From an uncultured Candidatus Rokubacteria bacterium (GTDB lineage Bacteria > Methylomirabilota > Methylomirabilia > Rokubacteriales > CSP1-6): a stretch of DNA of 64,000 nt. The notes below the pieces were generated by a model. The model searched no databases. It worked only from the letters and a program-made list of their open reading frames with translations, and was not told the origin of the DNA. The position numbers and the translations under genes were made by a program. Of this stretch, positions 36,694 to 45,183 are shown piece after piece. The stretch covers positions 672,001 through 736,000 of the forward strand of contig CAVYTA010000005.1 of assembly GCA_963771355.1 (NCBI GenBank), in the 5' to 3' direction. The stretch's first letter is position 1, and every line of letters starts with the position of its first letter.

Positions 36694-37518
36694 CTATCTC
36701 CCTCCGAGGTCTTCGGATGTCGCGCAGCGAAAGCCGATGAAGTGATGGCCGCGGCGCACGCCGCGGTGCTCATAGCGTCGCCGGAGCGTCACCCGCAGCG
36801 ATTCGGGCCCGTCGTCGTGGCTGGCGCCGCGCACCACCCGGCTGGCGGTGGTTGCGGGTTCCTCGCGCCCGTCGTCGGCACGGTACGGGTAGGGGCGGTA
36901 CTGACTCGACGTCCACTCCCTCAGATTGCCCACGATGCCCTGCACGCCCAGGGGACTCGCCCCCGCCAGCCGGCGGCCAACCGGCTCAGTGGCATTGTAT
37001 TTCCGGCCATACCGCGCGCGGTCCGGCGTGGGCGGCGCCTCGCCCCAGGGATAGCGTCGCCCGTCGTCGCCCCGCGCCGCCTTCTCCCACTCCGCCTCGG
37101 TGGGCAACCGCTTGCCGACCCAGAGGCAGTAGTCGCGCGCCCCGAACCAGGACACCTCGACTGCGGGATGGGTCTCGTAGCCCGCATCGGGCACCCAGCG
37201 GGTCCCCACCCGGTGAATGCGCGCGTCCGCGTCCTCCCAGTCGAAATAGTCCTCACCCTCCGGACTGCGCAGCCCGCGCCCGTCGAGGAACGCCGCGAAC
37301 TCGCGATTGGTCACCTTGTCGCGGTCGATCCAGAAGGGGTCCAGCCAGATCCGGTGGGCGGGAGCCTCGTCGGGCGCGTCGCGGTCGCTGCCCATGGTGA
37401 ACGGGCCTCGATCGACGAGCATCATGCCGTCCGCCCCTGCGTCCCCTGGGGCGCAGGCGAAAGCGGAGATGAGGGAAAGCGCGACCGCAATCCGGACGCG
37501 GGACCCGCCGACGGCCAT
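36694..37518 (-). CDS. Formylglycine-generating enzyme (SUMF1/FGE-sulfatase) domain protein, secreted; lacks catalytic cysteines
   Basis: Signal peptide; GPFTMGS, VTNREF, HPAVEVSW, KRLPTEAEWEKAARG, GNLREW, IGFRC. Confidence 0.85.
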   Translation of the reverse strand: MAVGGSRVRIAVALSLISAFACAPGDAGADGMMLVDRGPFTMGSDRDAPDEAPAHRIWLDPFWIDRDKVTNREFAAFLDGRGLRSPEGEDYFDWEDADARIHRVGTRWVPDAGYETHPAVEVSWFGARDYCLWVGKRLPTEAEWEKAARGDDGRRYPWGEAPPTPDRARYGRKYNATEPVGRRLAGASPLGVQGIVGNLREWTSSQYRPYPYRADDGREEPATTASRVVRGASHDDGPESLRVTLRRRYEHRGVRRGHHFIGFRCATSEDLGGR

Positions 37519-37571
37519 GGCACCGGGCCTCCTGTTCACAATGGCGATATGGCCGCGCGCGCGGCCTCGCC

Positions 37572-37601
37572 AGGATAGGTGCCGCCCCACCCGGGTGTCA
37601 A
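37572..37601 (-). promoter_or_regulatory. sigma70 promoter for the FGE/acyl-CoA ligase/GIY-YIG/uup run
   Basis: Minus strand TTGACA, 18 nt, TATCCT. Confidence 0.6.
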
Positions 37602-37618
37602 TGACGCGGCGGGCGGCG

Positions 37619-37648
37619 TTTACGGGGACCCCCCGCTTCGGGTATGGT
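37619..37648 (+). promoter_or_regulatory. sigma70 promoter, probably leaderless, for the aldolase/SDR gene
   Basis: TTTACG, 18 nt, TATGGT; ATG 37656 follows after 7 nt. Confidence 0.5.
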
Positions 37649-37655
37649 GGGGCGA

Positions 37656-39716
37656 ATGAACTCACGCTGGGACGATGCCACCGCTGCCACCCTGCAAGGC
37701 CTCGACCTCCTCGTTTACGCGTCCCGGCTGATCGGCGCCGAGACGTCTCTCGTGGTATGGGGCGGGGGCAATACCTCGATCAAGCAGACGGAGCGCGATC
37801 ACCGGGGCCGAGAGGTGCGGGTGCTCCGGGTCAAGGGCAGCGGCTCCGACCTCAAGACCATCCAGAGGAAGGACTTTCCCGGGGTGCGGATGGACGACGT
37901 GCTCGCGCTGCTCGAGCGCCAGGACATGGGCGACAGCGAGATGGTGGACTATCTCCGCTTCGCGCTGCAGGACCCGGGCGGGTCGCGGCCGTCCATCGAG
38001 ACCCTGCTTCACGGCTTCCTGCCCGCGCCGGCGGTCTTCCACACGCATGCCGACGCGGTGGTGTCGCTCACCAACAACGCGAATGCGGGCGACGTGCTAC
38101 GCACAGTCTATGGCGACGAGGTCGTGGCGCTGCCCTATCGGCGCCCCGGCTTCCGCATCTCTCGGGAGGTTGCGGACACCCTGGCCGCGCGGCCGGGGCT
38201 GCGCGCCATGCTGCTGGAGAAGCACGGCACCATCTGCTGGGGCGGGAGCGTGAAAGAGGCGTACCTCGCCACCATCGAGCTCATCAGCCGCGCCGAAGAG
38301 GCCATCGCCCACCGCGCGAAGGGGCGCGCGCGCTTCGGCGGCGTGACGGTGACGTTGCTCGCCGCGGACGAGCGCCGGCGCGTGGCCCTGGCGGTGGCGC
38401 CGCATTTGCGCGGACTGGTGGGCCGGGACCGCCGTCAGATCGTCGCCTTCGACGATGCGCCGGACGTGCTCGAGTTCGCCGGCTCCCGCGAAGCGGCGGC
38501 GCTCTGCGGGGTGGGGCCGGCCACGCCCGATCACACGATCTATACCAAGCGGCTGCCGTGCTTCGTCCCCGTCGATCGGCCGAGCGATCCGCAGGCCGTC
38601 AAGGCCGCGCTAGACGCCGCCGTCGCGCGCTTCGCGGCGGACTACAGCGCCTATTTCGCGGCCCACAATCGTGAGGGCGCGACGCTCCAGGATGCGAGTC
38701 CTCGCGTGGTCGTGGTGAGCGGGCTCGGCATGTTCACCACCGGCAAGGACCGGCGCACGGCGGGTATCGTCAGCGACATCTACCACCACACGATCTCGGT
38801 GCTGGGCGCCGCCTCCTCCTTCGGACGGTACGTCTCGCTCTCGGCCCAGGATGCCTTCGACGTCGAGTACTGGCCGCTGGAGCTCTACAAGCTCGCCCAG
38901 GCCCCGCCGGAGAAGGAGCTGTCGCGGCGCATCGCGCTCGTCACCGGGGCGGCGGGGGGCATCGGGCGCGCGGTGGCGCTGCGCCTGGCCGCCGAGGGCG
39001 CCCACGTGGTGGTGACCGACGTGGACGCGGCAGGCGCCCGCAAGGTGGCCGAGGAAGTGATCGCCGCGCAGGGCGGCGGCCGCGCGCTGGGGCTGGGGCT
39101 CGACGTGACCAGCGAGGCCGCCGTGCGCACGGCTTTGGAGGAAGTCGTGCTCGCCTATGGCGGGCTCGACATCGTGGTCTCCAATGCCGGCATCGCGCAC
39201 TCGGCCCCAGTGGATCGGATGGAGCTCGCGGACTGGGAGCGCTCCTTCGCGGTGAACTCCACCGGTCACTTCCTCATCGCCCGTGAGTCCATGCGCGTGC
39301 TCAAGGCCCAGGGGCTGGGCGGCGCCCTCGTCTTCGTGGCCACCAAGAACGTGATGTCCCCGGGCAAGGACTTCTCCGCCTACTCGGCTTCCAAGGCGGC
39401 CGAGGCGCAGCTCGCCAAGGTACTCGCGCTGGAAGGCGGGCCCGCCGGCATCCGCTCCAACATCGTGAACCCCGACGCCGTCTTCCGGGACTCCAAGCTC
39501 TGGTCGGAGGACGTCCGCCGCGAGCGGGCGCGCGCGCAGGGGATCAGCGTGGACGAGCTCGAGGACTTCTACCGCAAGCGGAACATCCTCGCGCGGCCCA
39601 TCCTGCCCGAGGACGTGGCGGAGGCGGTGCTCTTCCTCGCCTCCGACCGCTCCGCCAAGACCACCGGCTGCACCCTCACCGTCGACGGCGGCGTGAAGGA
39701 CGCCTTCCCGCGCTAA
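37656..39716 (+). CDS. Bifunctional rhamnulose-1-phosphate aldolase-like/short-chain dehydrogenase (RhaEW/YuxG type)
   Basis: GGGNTSIK, VKGSGSDL, PSIET.LH, HTHAD, TPDH, EYWPLELYKL, VTGAAGGIG, SNAG, YSASK, VDGG. Confidence 0.88.
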   Translation: MNSRWDDATAATLQGLDLLVYASRLIGAETSLVVWGGGNTSIKQTERDHRGREVRVLRVKGSGSDLKTIQRKDFPGVRMDDVLALLERQDMGDSEMVDYLRFALQDPGGSRPSIETLLHGFLPAPAVFHTHADAVVSLTNNANAGDVLRTVYGDEVVALPYRRPGFRISREVADTLAARPGLRAMLLEKHGTICWGGSVKEAYLATIELISRAEEAIAHRAKGRARFGGVTVTLLAADERRRVALAVAPHLRGLVGRDRRQIVAFDDAPDVLEFAGSREAAALCGVGPATPDHTIYTKRLPCFVPVDRPSDPQAVKAALDAAVARFAADYSAYFAAHNREGATLQDASPRVVVVSGLGMFTTGKDRRTAGIVSDIYHHTISVLGAASSFGRYVSLSAQDAFDVEYWPLELYKLAQAPPEKELSRRIALVTGAAGGIGRAVALRLAAEGAHVVVTDVDAAGARKVAEEVIAAQGGGRALGLGLDVTSEAAVRTALEEVVLAYGGLDIVVSNAGIAHSAPVDRMELADWERSFAVNSTGHFLIARESMRVLKAQGLGGALVFVATKNVMSPGKDFSAYSASKAAEAQLAKVLALEGGPAGIRSNIVNPDAVFRDSKLWSEDVRRERARAQGISVDELEDFYRKRNILARPILPEDVAEAVLFLASDRSAKTTGCTLTVDGGVKDAFPR

Positions 39717-39718
39717 TC

Positions 39719-40678
39719 ATGGATCCGCTCGCCTCGCCTTCGGCTGCGGCTCGCCAAACAATCGGATTCGGCGCCTTCCTCTCCATGCATCCGCCGGAGG
39801 AGCAATGGGCGCTTGCCGGGCGGGTCGAGGAGCTGGGCTACGACTCCTTGTGGACGGGCGACCACGTGTCCTTTCACGGGCCGATCTACGAGTCCCTCAC
39901 CTTGCTCGCCTCCTACGCGAGCGTGACCCGGCGGATCCGCCTCGGCACCGCCGTCTACCTCCTCGCCCTGCGGCATCCCACCATCGCCGCCAAGATCACC
40001 TCCACCCTCGATGTGCTCTCGGGCGGCCGGCTCGTCTTCGGGGTGGGGGTGGGAGGCGAGAATCCGAAGGAGTTCGAGGCCTGCGGCATCCCGCACCGCG
40101 AGCGCGGCGCGCGCGTGACCGAGGGCATCGAGGTGGTGCGCACGCTCTGGCGCGACACGCCCGCGACCTTCAAGGGTCGCTTCACCTCGTTCGAGGGCGT
40201 GAGCCTCGATCCCAAGCCCGTGCAGAAGCCCGGGCCGCCGATCTGGATCGGCGGGCGCTCGGACGCCGCGCTCGCCCGCGCGGGACGGCAGGGGGACGGC
40301 TGGGTCTCCTACGTGGTCCAGCCCGAGCGCTACAAGGCGAGCCTCGAGAAGATCCACGCCGCCGCCGCCGAGGCCCGCCGCCCGCTCGACCGCTTCGTCG
40401 CCGCGCACCTGGCCTTCATCACGGTGGGGCGCGACTACGAGGCGGCCGAGCGCGCCTGGGTGGCGCGGCTGAGCCAGCGCTACGCGCAGGACTTCGGCCC
40501 GCTCGCGCGGAAGTACGGCATCATCGGCACTCCCGCCCAGTGCGCGGAGACGCTCGAGCGCTTCGTCGCGGGCGGCTGCAACTACGTGCTGATGAACCCG
40601 ATCTGCGACTCCGCCGACGAGCGGGCGCAGCTCGAGACGATCGCGGGCGAGATCATTCCGAGATTCCGGGGCCGCTAG
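39719..40678 (+). CDS. LLM-class flavin-dependent oxidoreductase (luciferase-like)
   Basis: GYDSLWTGDH, IRLGTAV, LDVLSGGRLVFGVGVG, PKPVQKPGPPIWIGG. Confidence 0.9.
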   Translation: MDPLASPSAAARQTIGFGAFLSMHPPEEQWALAGRVEELGYDSLWTGDHVSFHGPIYESLTLLASYASVTRRIRLGTAVYLLALRHPTIAAKITSTLDVLSGGRLVFGVGVGGENPKEFEACGIPHRERGARVTEGIEVVRTLWRDTPATFKGRFTSFEGVSLDPKPVQKPGPPIWIGGRSDAALARAGRQGDGWVSYVVQPERYKASLEKIHAAAAEARRPLDRFVAAHLAFITVGRDYEAAERAWVARLSQRYAQDFGPLARKYGIIGTPAQCAETLERFVAGGCNYVLMNPICDSADERAQLETIAGEIIPRFRGR

Positions 40679-40681
40679 CCG

Positions 40682-41389
40682 GTGCCGTCGAGGCCGCGCG
40701 AGTGCGGGGCGGAGGTGACCGCGGTCCGCAGCCTCAATCCCGACGTGATCGAGGTGGACCTCCGCATGGTGGAGCCCGCCGTGCTCCCCTTCGCGGCCGG
40801 GCAGTGGGTGTCGGTGCCGTTCGGCCCCAAGATCGTGCGCGCCTATAGCATGGCCTCGCCGCCCGGCGCGGGCCATGAGCTCACGCTTTCCGTGGACGTG
40901 GCCCCGGGCGGTCTCGGCTCGCAGTGGATCCGCGGGCTCAAGCCGGGCGACCCGGTGACGTTCAAGGGGCCCACCGGCGGCTTCGTGGCCGACCGCGCCG
41001 ATCCGCGGCGGCCGGTCTTCGTGGCCGAGGAGATCGGCGTCGTCCCCATCCGCTCCATCCTCTTCGACCTCTACGCGACCGGCTTCGACCGGCCCGCGGG
41101 GCTCATCCAGTGGGCGCGCAATCCCGAGTGGCTACTCTACGAGTCGGACTTCCGCGAGCTGTCGCGCCGGCACCAGGGCTTCTCGTATCTCCCCGTGCTG
41201 CGCGAGCCGCCCGCGACCTGGCGAGGGGAGAAGGGCGAGTGCCACGAGGCGGTGGACCGGCTCGTGCACTCCGTGGATCGCACCGTGGTTTACGTGTGTG
41301 GCGGCGAGGGCACCATCAAGCAGGTGCGGCAGGCGCTGATGGCCAAGGGGATGGACCGGAAGAGCGTGAAGTGGGAGAAGTTCTGGTGA
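40682..41389 (+). CDS. FNR-like FAD/NAD(P)-binding oxidoreductase
   Basis: F.AGQW, RAYS, GLGSQW, GPTG.F, VYVCG, C-terminal EKFW. Confidence 0.85.
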   Translation: MPSRPRECGAEVTAVRSLNPDVIEVDLRMVEPAVLPFAAGQWVSVPFGPKIVRAYSMASPPGAGHELTLSVDVAPGGLGSQWIRGLKPGDPVTFKGPTGGFVADRADPRRPVFVAEEIGVVPIRSILFDLYATGFDRPAGLIQWARNPEWLLYESDFRELSRRHQGFSYLPVLREPPATWRGEKGECHEAVDRLVHSVDRTVVYVCGGEGTIKQVRQALMAKGMDRKSVKWEKFW

Positions 41390-41399
41390 GGAGGAAGCC

Positions 41400-41465
41400 G
41401 TGACCCGTCGCGTCCTGATCGCCCCCTTCGTCCTCGTGGGCGACGGCGGCCCCACCGGGCCGTGA
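41400..41465 (+). CDS. Possible 21-aa mini-ORF or gene remnant (MTRRVLIAPFVLVGDGGPTGP)
   Basis: GAGGAGG RBS at 41388-41394, GTG 41400; stop overlaps the GTG of the next gene (GTGA). Confidence 0.4.
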   Translation: MTRRVLIAPFVLVGDGGPTGP

Positions 41466-41872
41466 AGGCGCGCCTCTACCATGTCCAGGTGAACGTGCGT
41501 GACGCCGCCGTCTCGCTGCCGTTCTGGACAGCGCTACTCGGCTTCCTCGAGTACCGGATCGTCCACGCGGAGCGCGACGTGGCGGGATTTTCGAACGGCA
41601 CCACCGACCTCTGGCTGATGGCCACGGAGCCGGCCCAGGCGGGCCCGGGATTCCACCGGAAGCGCGCCGGGCTCAATCACGTGGCCTTCCGCGTCGAGCG
41701 GCGGGAGGACGTGGACCGCTTCCGTCGCGAGTTCCTCGACGCGCGCGGACTCCCCACGCTGTACGACACTCCGCGCGACTTCCCCGAGTATTCCCCGGGC
41801 TACTACGCCGTGTTCTTCGAGGATCCCGACCGGATCAAGCTCGAGGTGGCCCATGTCCCGCCGCGCGGCTAG
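41462..41872 (+). CDS. VOC family protein
   Basis: LYHVQVNV, FHRKRAGLNHVAF, YYAVFFEDPDRIKLEV. Confidence 0.88.
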   Translation: MKARLYHVQVNVRDAAVSLPFWTALLGFLEYRIVHAERDVAGFSNGTTDLWLMATEPAQAGPGFHRKRAGLNHVAFRVERREDVDRFRREFLDARGLPTLYDTPRDFPEYSPGYYAVFFEDPDRIKLEVAHVPPRG

Positions 41873-42436
41873 CCTCCTCGCGGCGGCGCTGCTCGTCTCG
41901 GCTTCGGTCGGCCTCGTGGCGGCCGCGTCGAAGACCTACCGCAGCGCCGAGTGGGGCTTCGAGTTCGCGTATCCCGACCAGTTCGCCGCCGGCCGCTACA
42001 AGGATCCGGTGTCGCCGGAGCGACAGGCCCGGCAGCGTGAGACCGGGCTGGAGTCCCCGTTCGCGCACGCGATCGCGCTGGTGGAGCCGTCGCGTCTCGG
42101 CGCGCGCGCGCCGCTCGACGCGCTGCCGGTGGGCGAGGCCGCCGCACCATCACGGTGATCCCCGCCCGCGGCCAGAAGGCGGACTTCGACCGCCGGCACC
42201 TCTTCCGCAAGGAATGGGAGACGACGATTGCCGGCCGCACCGTCTACCGGCTCCCGGGCTATCCGGCTCCGTATGGCGACACCATGTTCTACTATCTGCT
42301 GCCGCTCGGCGACGACCTCGTCATCGAGCTCTTCGCTCACCGGCGCCACATGGACCAGGCCCGCGCGGAGACGGGATACGATCGCGTGATCGAGGGCATC
42401 ATCGCGACGTTCAAGATCATCGCGCCCGGCGGCTAG
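41853..42436 (+). pseudogene. Secreted hypothetical protein split by an apparent 1-nt deletion near 42145
   Basis: Signal peptide plus TYRSAEWGFEFAYP in one frame (41853-42158); the remainder (TITVIPARG...YDRVIEGIIATFKI) continues in a second frame to 42436. Confidence 0.6.
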
Positions 42437-42460
42437 CGCGGGCGCATTCGAGGGACGGCC

Positions 42461-44113
42461 ATGGCGGATCTCACCGGCGGGCACCTGGTGGCGCGCACGC
42501 TCAAGCAGGCGGGCGTGGGCCACATCTTCACGCTCTGCGGCGGCCATATCCTGCCCATCTACGACGGCTGCCTCACCGAGGACATCGCGGTGGTGGACAT
42601 GCGCCACGAGCAGGCGGCGGCCCATGCCGCGGACGCCTACGCGCGGCTCACGCGCAATATCGGCGTCGCGGTGGTGACGGCGGGGCCCGGGGTCACGGAC
42701 GCGGTGACCGGCGTGGCCAATGCGTACTCCGCGCGAAGTCCCGTGCTGCTCATCGGCGGCGCGGCGCCGCTGGGGCTGCGCGGGCTGGGCGCGCTGCAGG
42801 AGACGGAGCAGGTGGGCCTGCTGCGGCCCATCACCAAGGGCTCGTGGTCGGTGTCGGAGACGCGCCAGATCCCGGAGGTGCTGACCACCGCCATCCGCAC
42901 CGCGCTCACGGGACGGCCGGGGCCGGTCTTCGTCGAGATCCCGGTGGATCTGCTCATGACCATGGTGGAAGATCGGCTCGCGCCCATCCCCGCGGCCTAT
43001 GTCCATCGCGAGCGTCAGGCGGCGGATCCGGACGCGGTGCAGCGACTGGCCGATCTCCTCGCCCGCGCCAAGCGTCCCGTGGTGATGGCGGGAAGCGGCG
43101 TCTACTGGGACGACGCGGCCAAGGACCTGCAGGCCTTCGCCGAGCGCTCGGGCATTCCGGTGTTCATGAACGGCGCCGGGCGCGGCTGCCTCCCCGGCGA
43201 TCACCCGCACGCCTTCTCCCAGGCGCGCGGCTTCGCGCTGAGCCAGGCGGACGTGGTCCTCGTTCTCGGCACGCCGCTGGACTTCCGCCTGGGCTATGGC
43301 CGGCCGCCCTCCTTCGCCGAGGACGCGCAGGTGGCGATGGTGGACTGTGACCCGTCGGAGCTGGGGCGCAACCGGCCGCTGGCGCTGGGGCTGGCCGGCC
43401 ATATCGGCCTCGTGCTCCGCCAGGTCGGCGACGCGCTGCCCGCGGGGCCGGCCGCGCGCACGACGGACTGGCTGGGCGCGGTGCGCAAGAAGGAGCAGGA
43501 CGGGCAGGCCCGGCTCCTCGCCGAGCGGCAGTCGGACGACGTGCCGATCAGCCACTACCGGATGGCGCACGAGATCGCGGCGGTGGTGGACGCGGGGACC
43601 ACCGTGGTAGGGGACGGCGGCGACGTCGTGGGCTGCGCCGCGAAGATCGTGCCGCTGTCCCGGCCCGGACAGTGGCTGGACCCCGGCCCCTTCGGCTGCC
43701 TCGGCGTGGGGCCGTCCTTCGCCATCGCCGCCAAGCTCCTGCGGCCCGCCGACCGGGTGCTGCTGATCGCCGGCGACGGCGCCTTCGGCCTCAACGGCAT
43801 GGAGATCGAGACGGCGGTGCGCTTCGGGCTGCCGATGACCGTGATCATCGGCAATGATGGGGGCTGGGGCCAGATCCGGAATCCGCAGCTCGCGTTCTTC
43901 GGCGCGGAGCGCGCGGTCGGCACCTCGCTGCCGTACACGCGCTTCGACCAGATGGTCGAAGCGCTGGGCGGCCGGGGCGTGCACGTGACCCGGCCGGGCG
44001 AGATCCGGCCCGCGCTGGAGCGCGCGCTCGGCTCGGGCGAGGTCTCCTGCATCAACGTGGTCCTGGACCCCGCCGCGTACCGGCGCACCGGCCAGGTCTC
44101 GATGGCCATTTGA
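42461..44113 (+). CDS. Thiamine pyrophosphate-dependent enzyme (acetolactate synthase-like/2-hydroxyacyl-CoA lyase family)
   Basis: FTLCGGH, MRHEQAAAHAA, TAGPG, LDPGPFGCLGVG, GDGAFG...GND. Confidence 0.9.
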   Translation: MADLTGGHLVARTLKQAGVGHIFTLCGGHILPIYDGCLTEDIAVVDMRHEQAAAHAADAYARLTRNIGVAVVTAGPGVTDAVTGVANAYSARSPVLLIGGAAPLGLRGLGALQETEQVGLLRPITKGSWSVSETRQIPEVLTTAIRTALTGRPGPVFVEIPVDLLMTMVEDRLAPIPAAYVHRERQAADPDAVQRLADLLARAKRPVVMAGSGVYWDDAAKDLQAFAERSGIPVFMNGAGRGCLPGDHPHAFSQARGFALSQADVVLVLGTPLDFRLGYGRPPSFAEDAQVAMVDCDPSELGRNRPLALGLAGHIGLVLRQVGDALPAGPAARTTDWLGAVRKKEQDGQARLLAERQSDDVPISHYRMAHEIAAVVDAGTTVVGDGGDVVGCAAKIVPLSRPGQWLDPGPFGCLGVGPSFAIAAKLLRPADRVLLIAGDGAFGLNGMEIETAVRFGLPMTVIIGNDGGWGQIRNPQLAFFGAERAVGTSLPYTRFDQMVEALGGRGVHVTRPGEIRPALERALGSGEVSCINVVLDPAAYRRTGQVSMAI

Positions 44114-45132
44114 GGGTCAACTTCCTCGCGCCGCACGTCCGCATCGCCGGCGGCGTGCGCGCCATCCTGACCTACGCCGACCGGCTCGCGGGCCGCGGGC
44201 ACGAGGTGTCGGTGATCGTGCCCGCGGGCGGGGCGGTGAAGGCCTGGTGGGGCAATCGCGCCGACCACCGTCTCGACTGGATGCCGGACTTCCGCGGGCG
44301 CCTGCGGTGGGTGAGTCGATGGGATCCCGCGGCGCTGCCCGAGGCCGACGCCCTCGTGGCGACCGCCTGGCAGTCCGCCGCCGCGGTGGCGGACGCGCCC
44401 GCGCGCGCGGGACGGAAGCACTACCTCGTCCAGCACTACGAAAGCCTCTATCACGGCGAGCCGGCCCGGGTGGACGCCACCTACCGGCTGCCGCTCCGGA
44501 AGATCTGCATCTCCACCTGGCTGTCGGAGATCATGCGGGACAAGTTCGCCAGCGCGTCCGACGTCATCGTGACGCCGGTGGATCCGGGCCTCTTCCACGA
44601 GGGGCCGCGAGAGGCCGATGACGGACGGCTGCGCGTGCTGATGCTCCACCACGAGTACGCCTGGAAGGGTGTCGCCGAAGGGCTCGAGGCGGTGGCCCGG
44701 GTGCGTGCGCGGCATCCGCGGCTCGCGCTGGTGGGCTTCGGCGTGAAGCCGCCCCGGGTCGCGCTGCCCTATGAGGAGTTCCACGCCAACCTGCCCCAGG
44801 CGCGGCTGGCGTGGCTGTACAGCCGCTGCCCGATCTATCTCTGTCCCTCCTGGGACGAGGGGCTCGGCATGCCGCCCATGGAGGCCATGGCCTGCGGCGC
44901 CGCGCTGGCGACCTATGACAACGGCGGCTGCCGCGACTACGCGCGCGACGGCGAGACCGCGCTGGTGGCGCCGCGCCGCGACGTGGGCGCGCTCACGCGC
45001 GCGCTCGAGCGCCTCGTGGAGGACGCCGCCCTCCGCGAGCGGTTGGCCCGGGCGGGTCAAGCCTTCATCCGCCGCGAGTTCGACTGGGACCGCGCCACCA
45101 CCCGGCTGGAGGCGATTCTACGAGCGGGATGA
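44110..45132 (+). CDS. Glycosyltransferase family 4
   Basis: IAGGVRAI, ATAWQSA, VQHYE, WKG, EGLGMPPMEAMACG. Confidence 0.88.
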   Translation: MRVNFLAPHVRIAGGVRAILTYADRLAGRGHEVSVIVPAGGAVKAWWGNRADHRLDWMPDFRGRLRWVSRWDPAALPEADALVATAWQSAAAVADAPARAGRKHYLVQHYESLYHGEPARVDATYRLPLRKICISTWLSEIMRDKFASASDVIVTPVDPGLFHEGPREADDGRLRVLMLHHEYAWKGVAEGLEAVARVRARHPRLALVGFGVKPPRVALPYEEFHANLPQARLAWLYSRCPIYLCPSWDEGLGMPPMEAMACGAALATYDNGGCRDYARDGETALVAPRRDVGALTRALERLVEDAALRERLARAGQAFIRREFDWDRATTRLEAILRAG

Positions 45133-45183
45133 CGCGCGGGGCCCGCCGCGACCGCGGCCCTGCAGTATACTCGGCGGCGCCCC

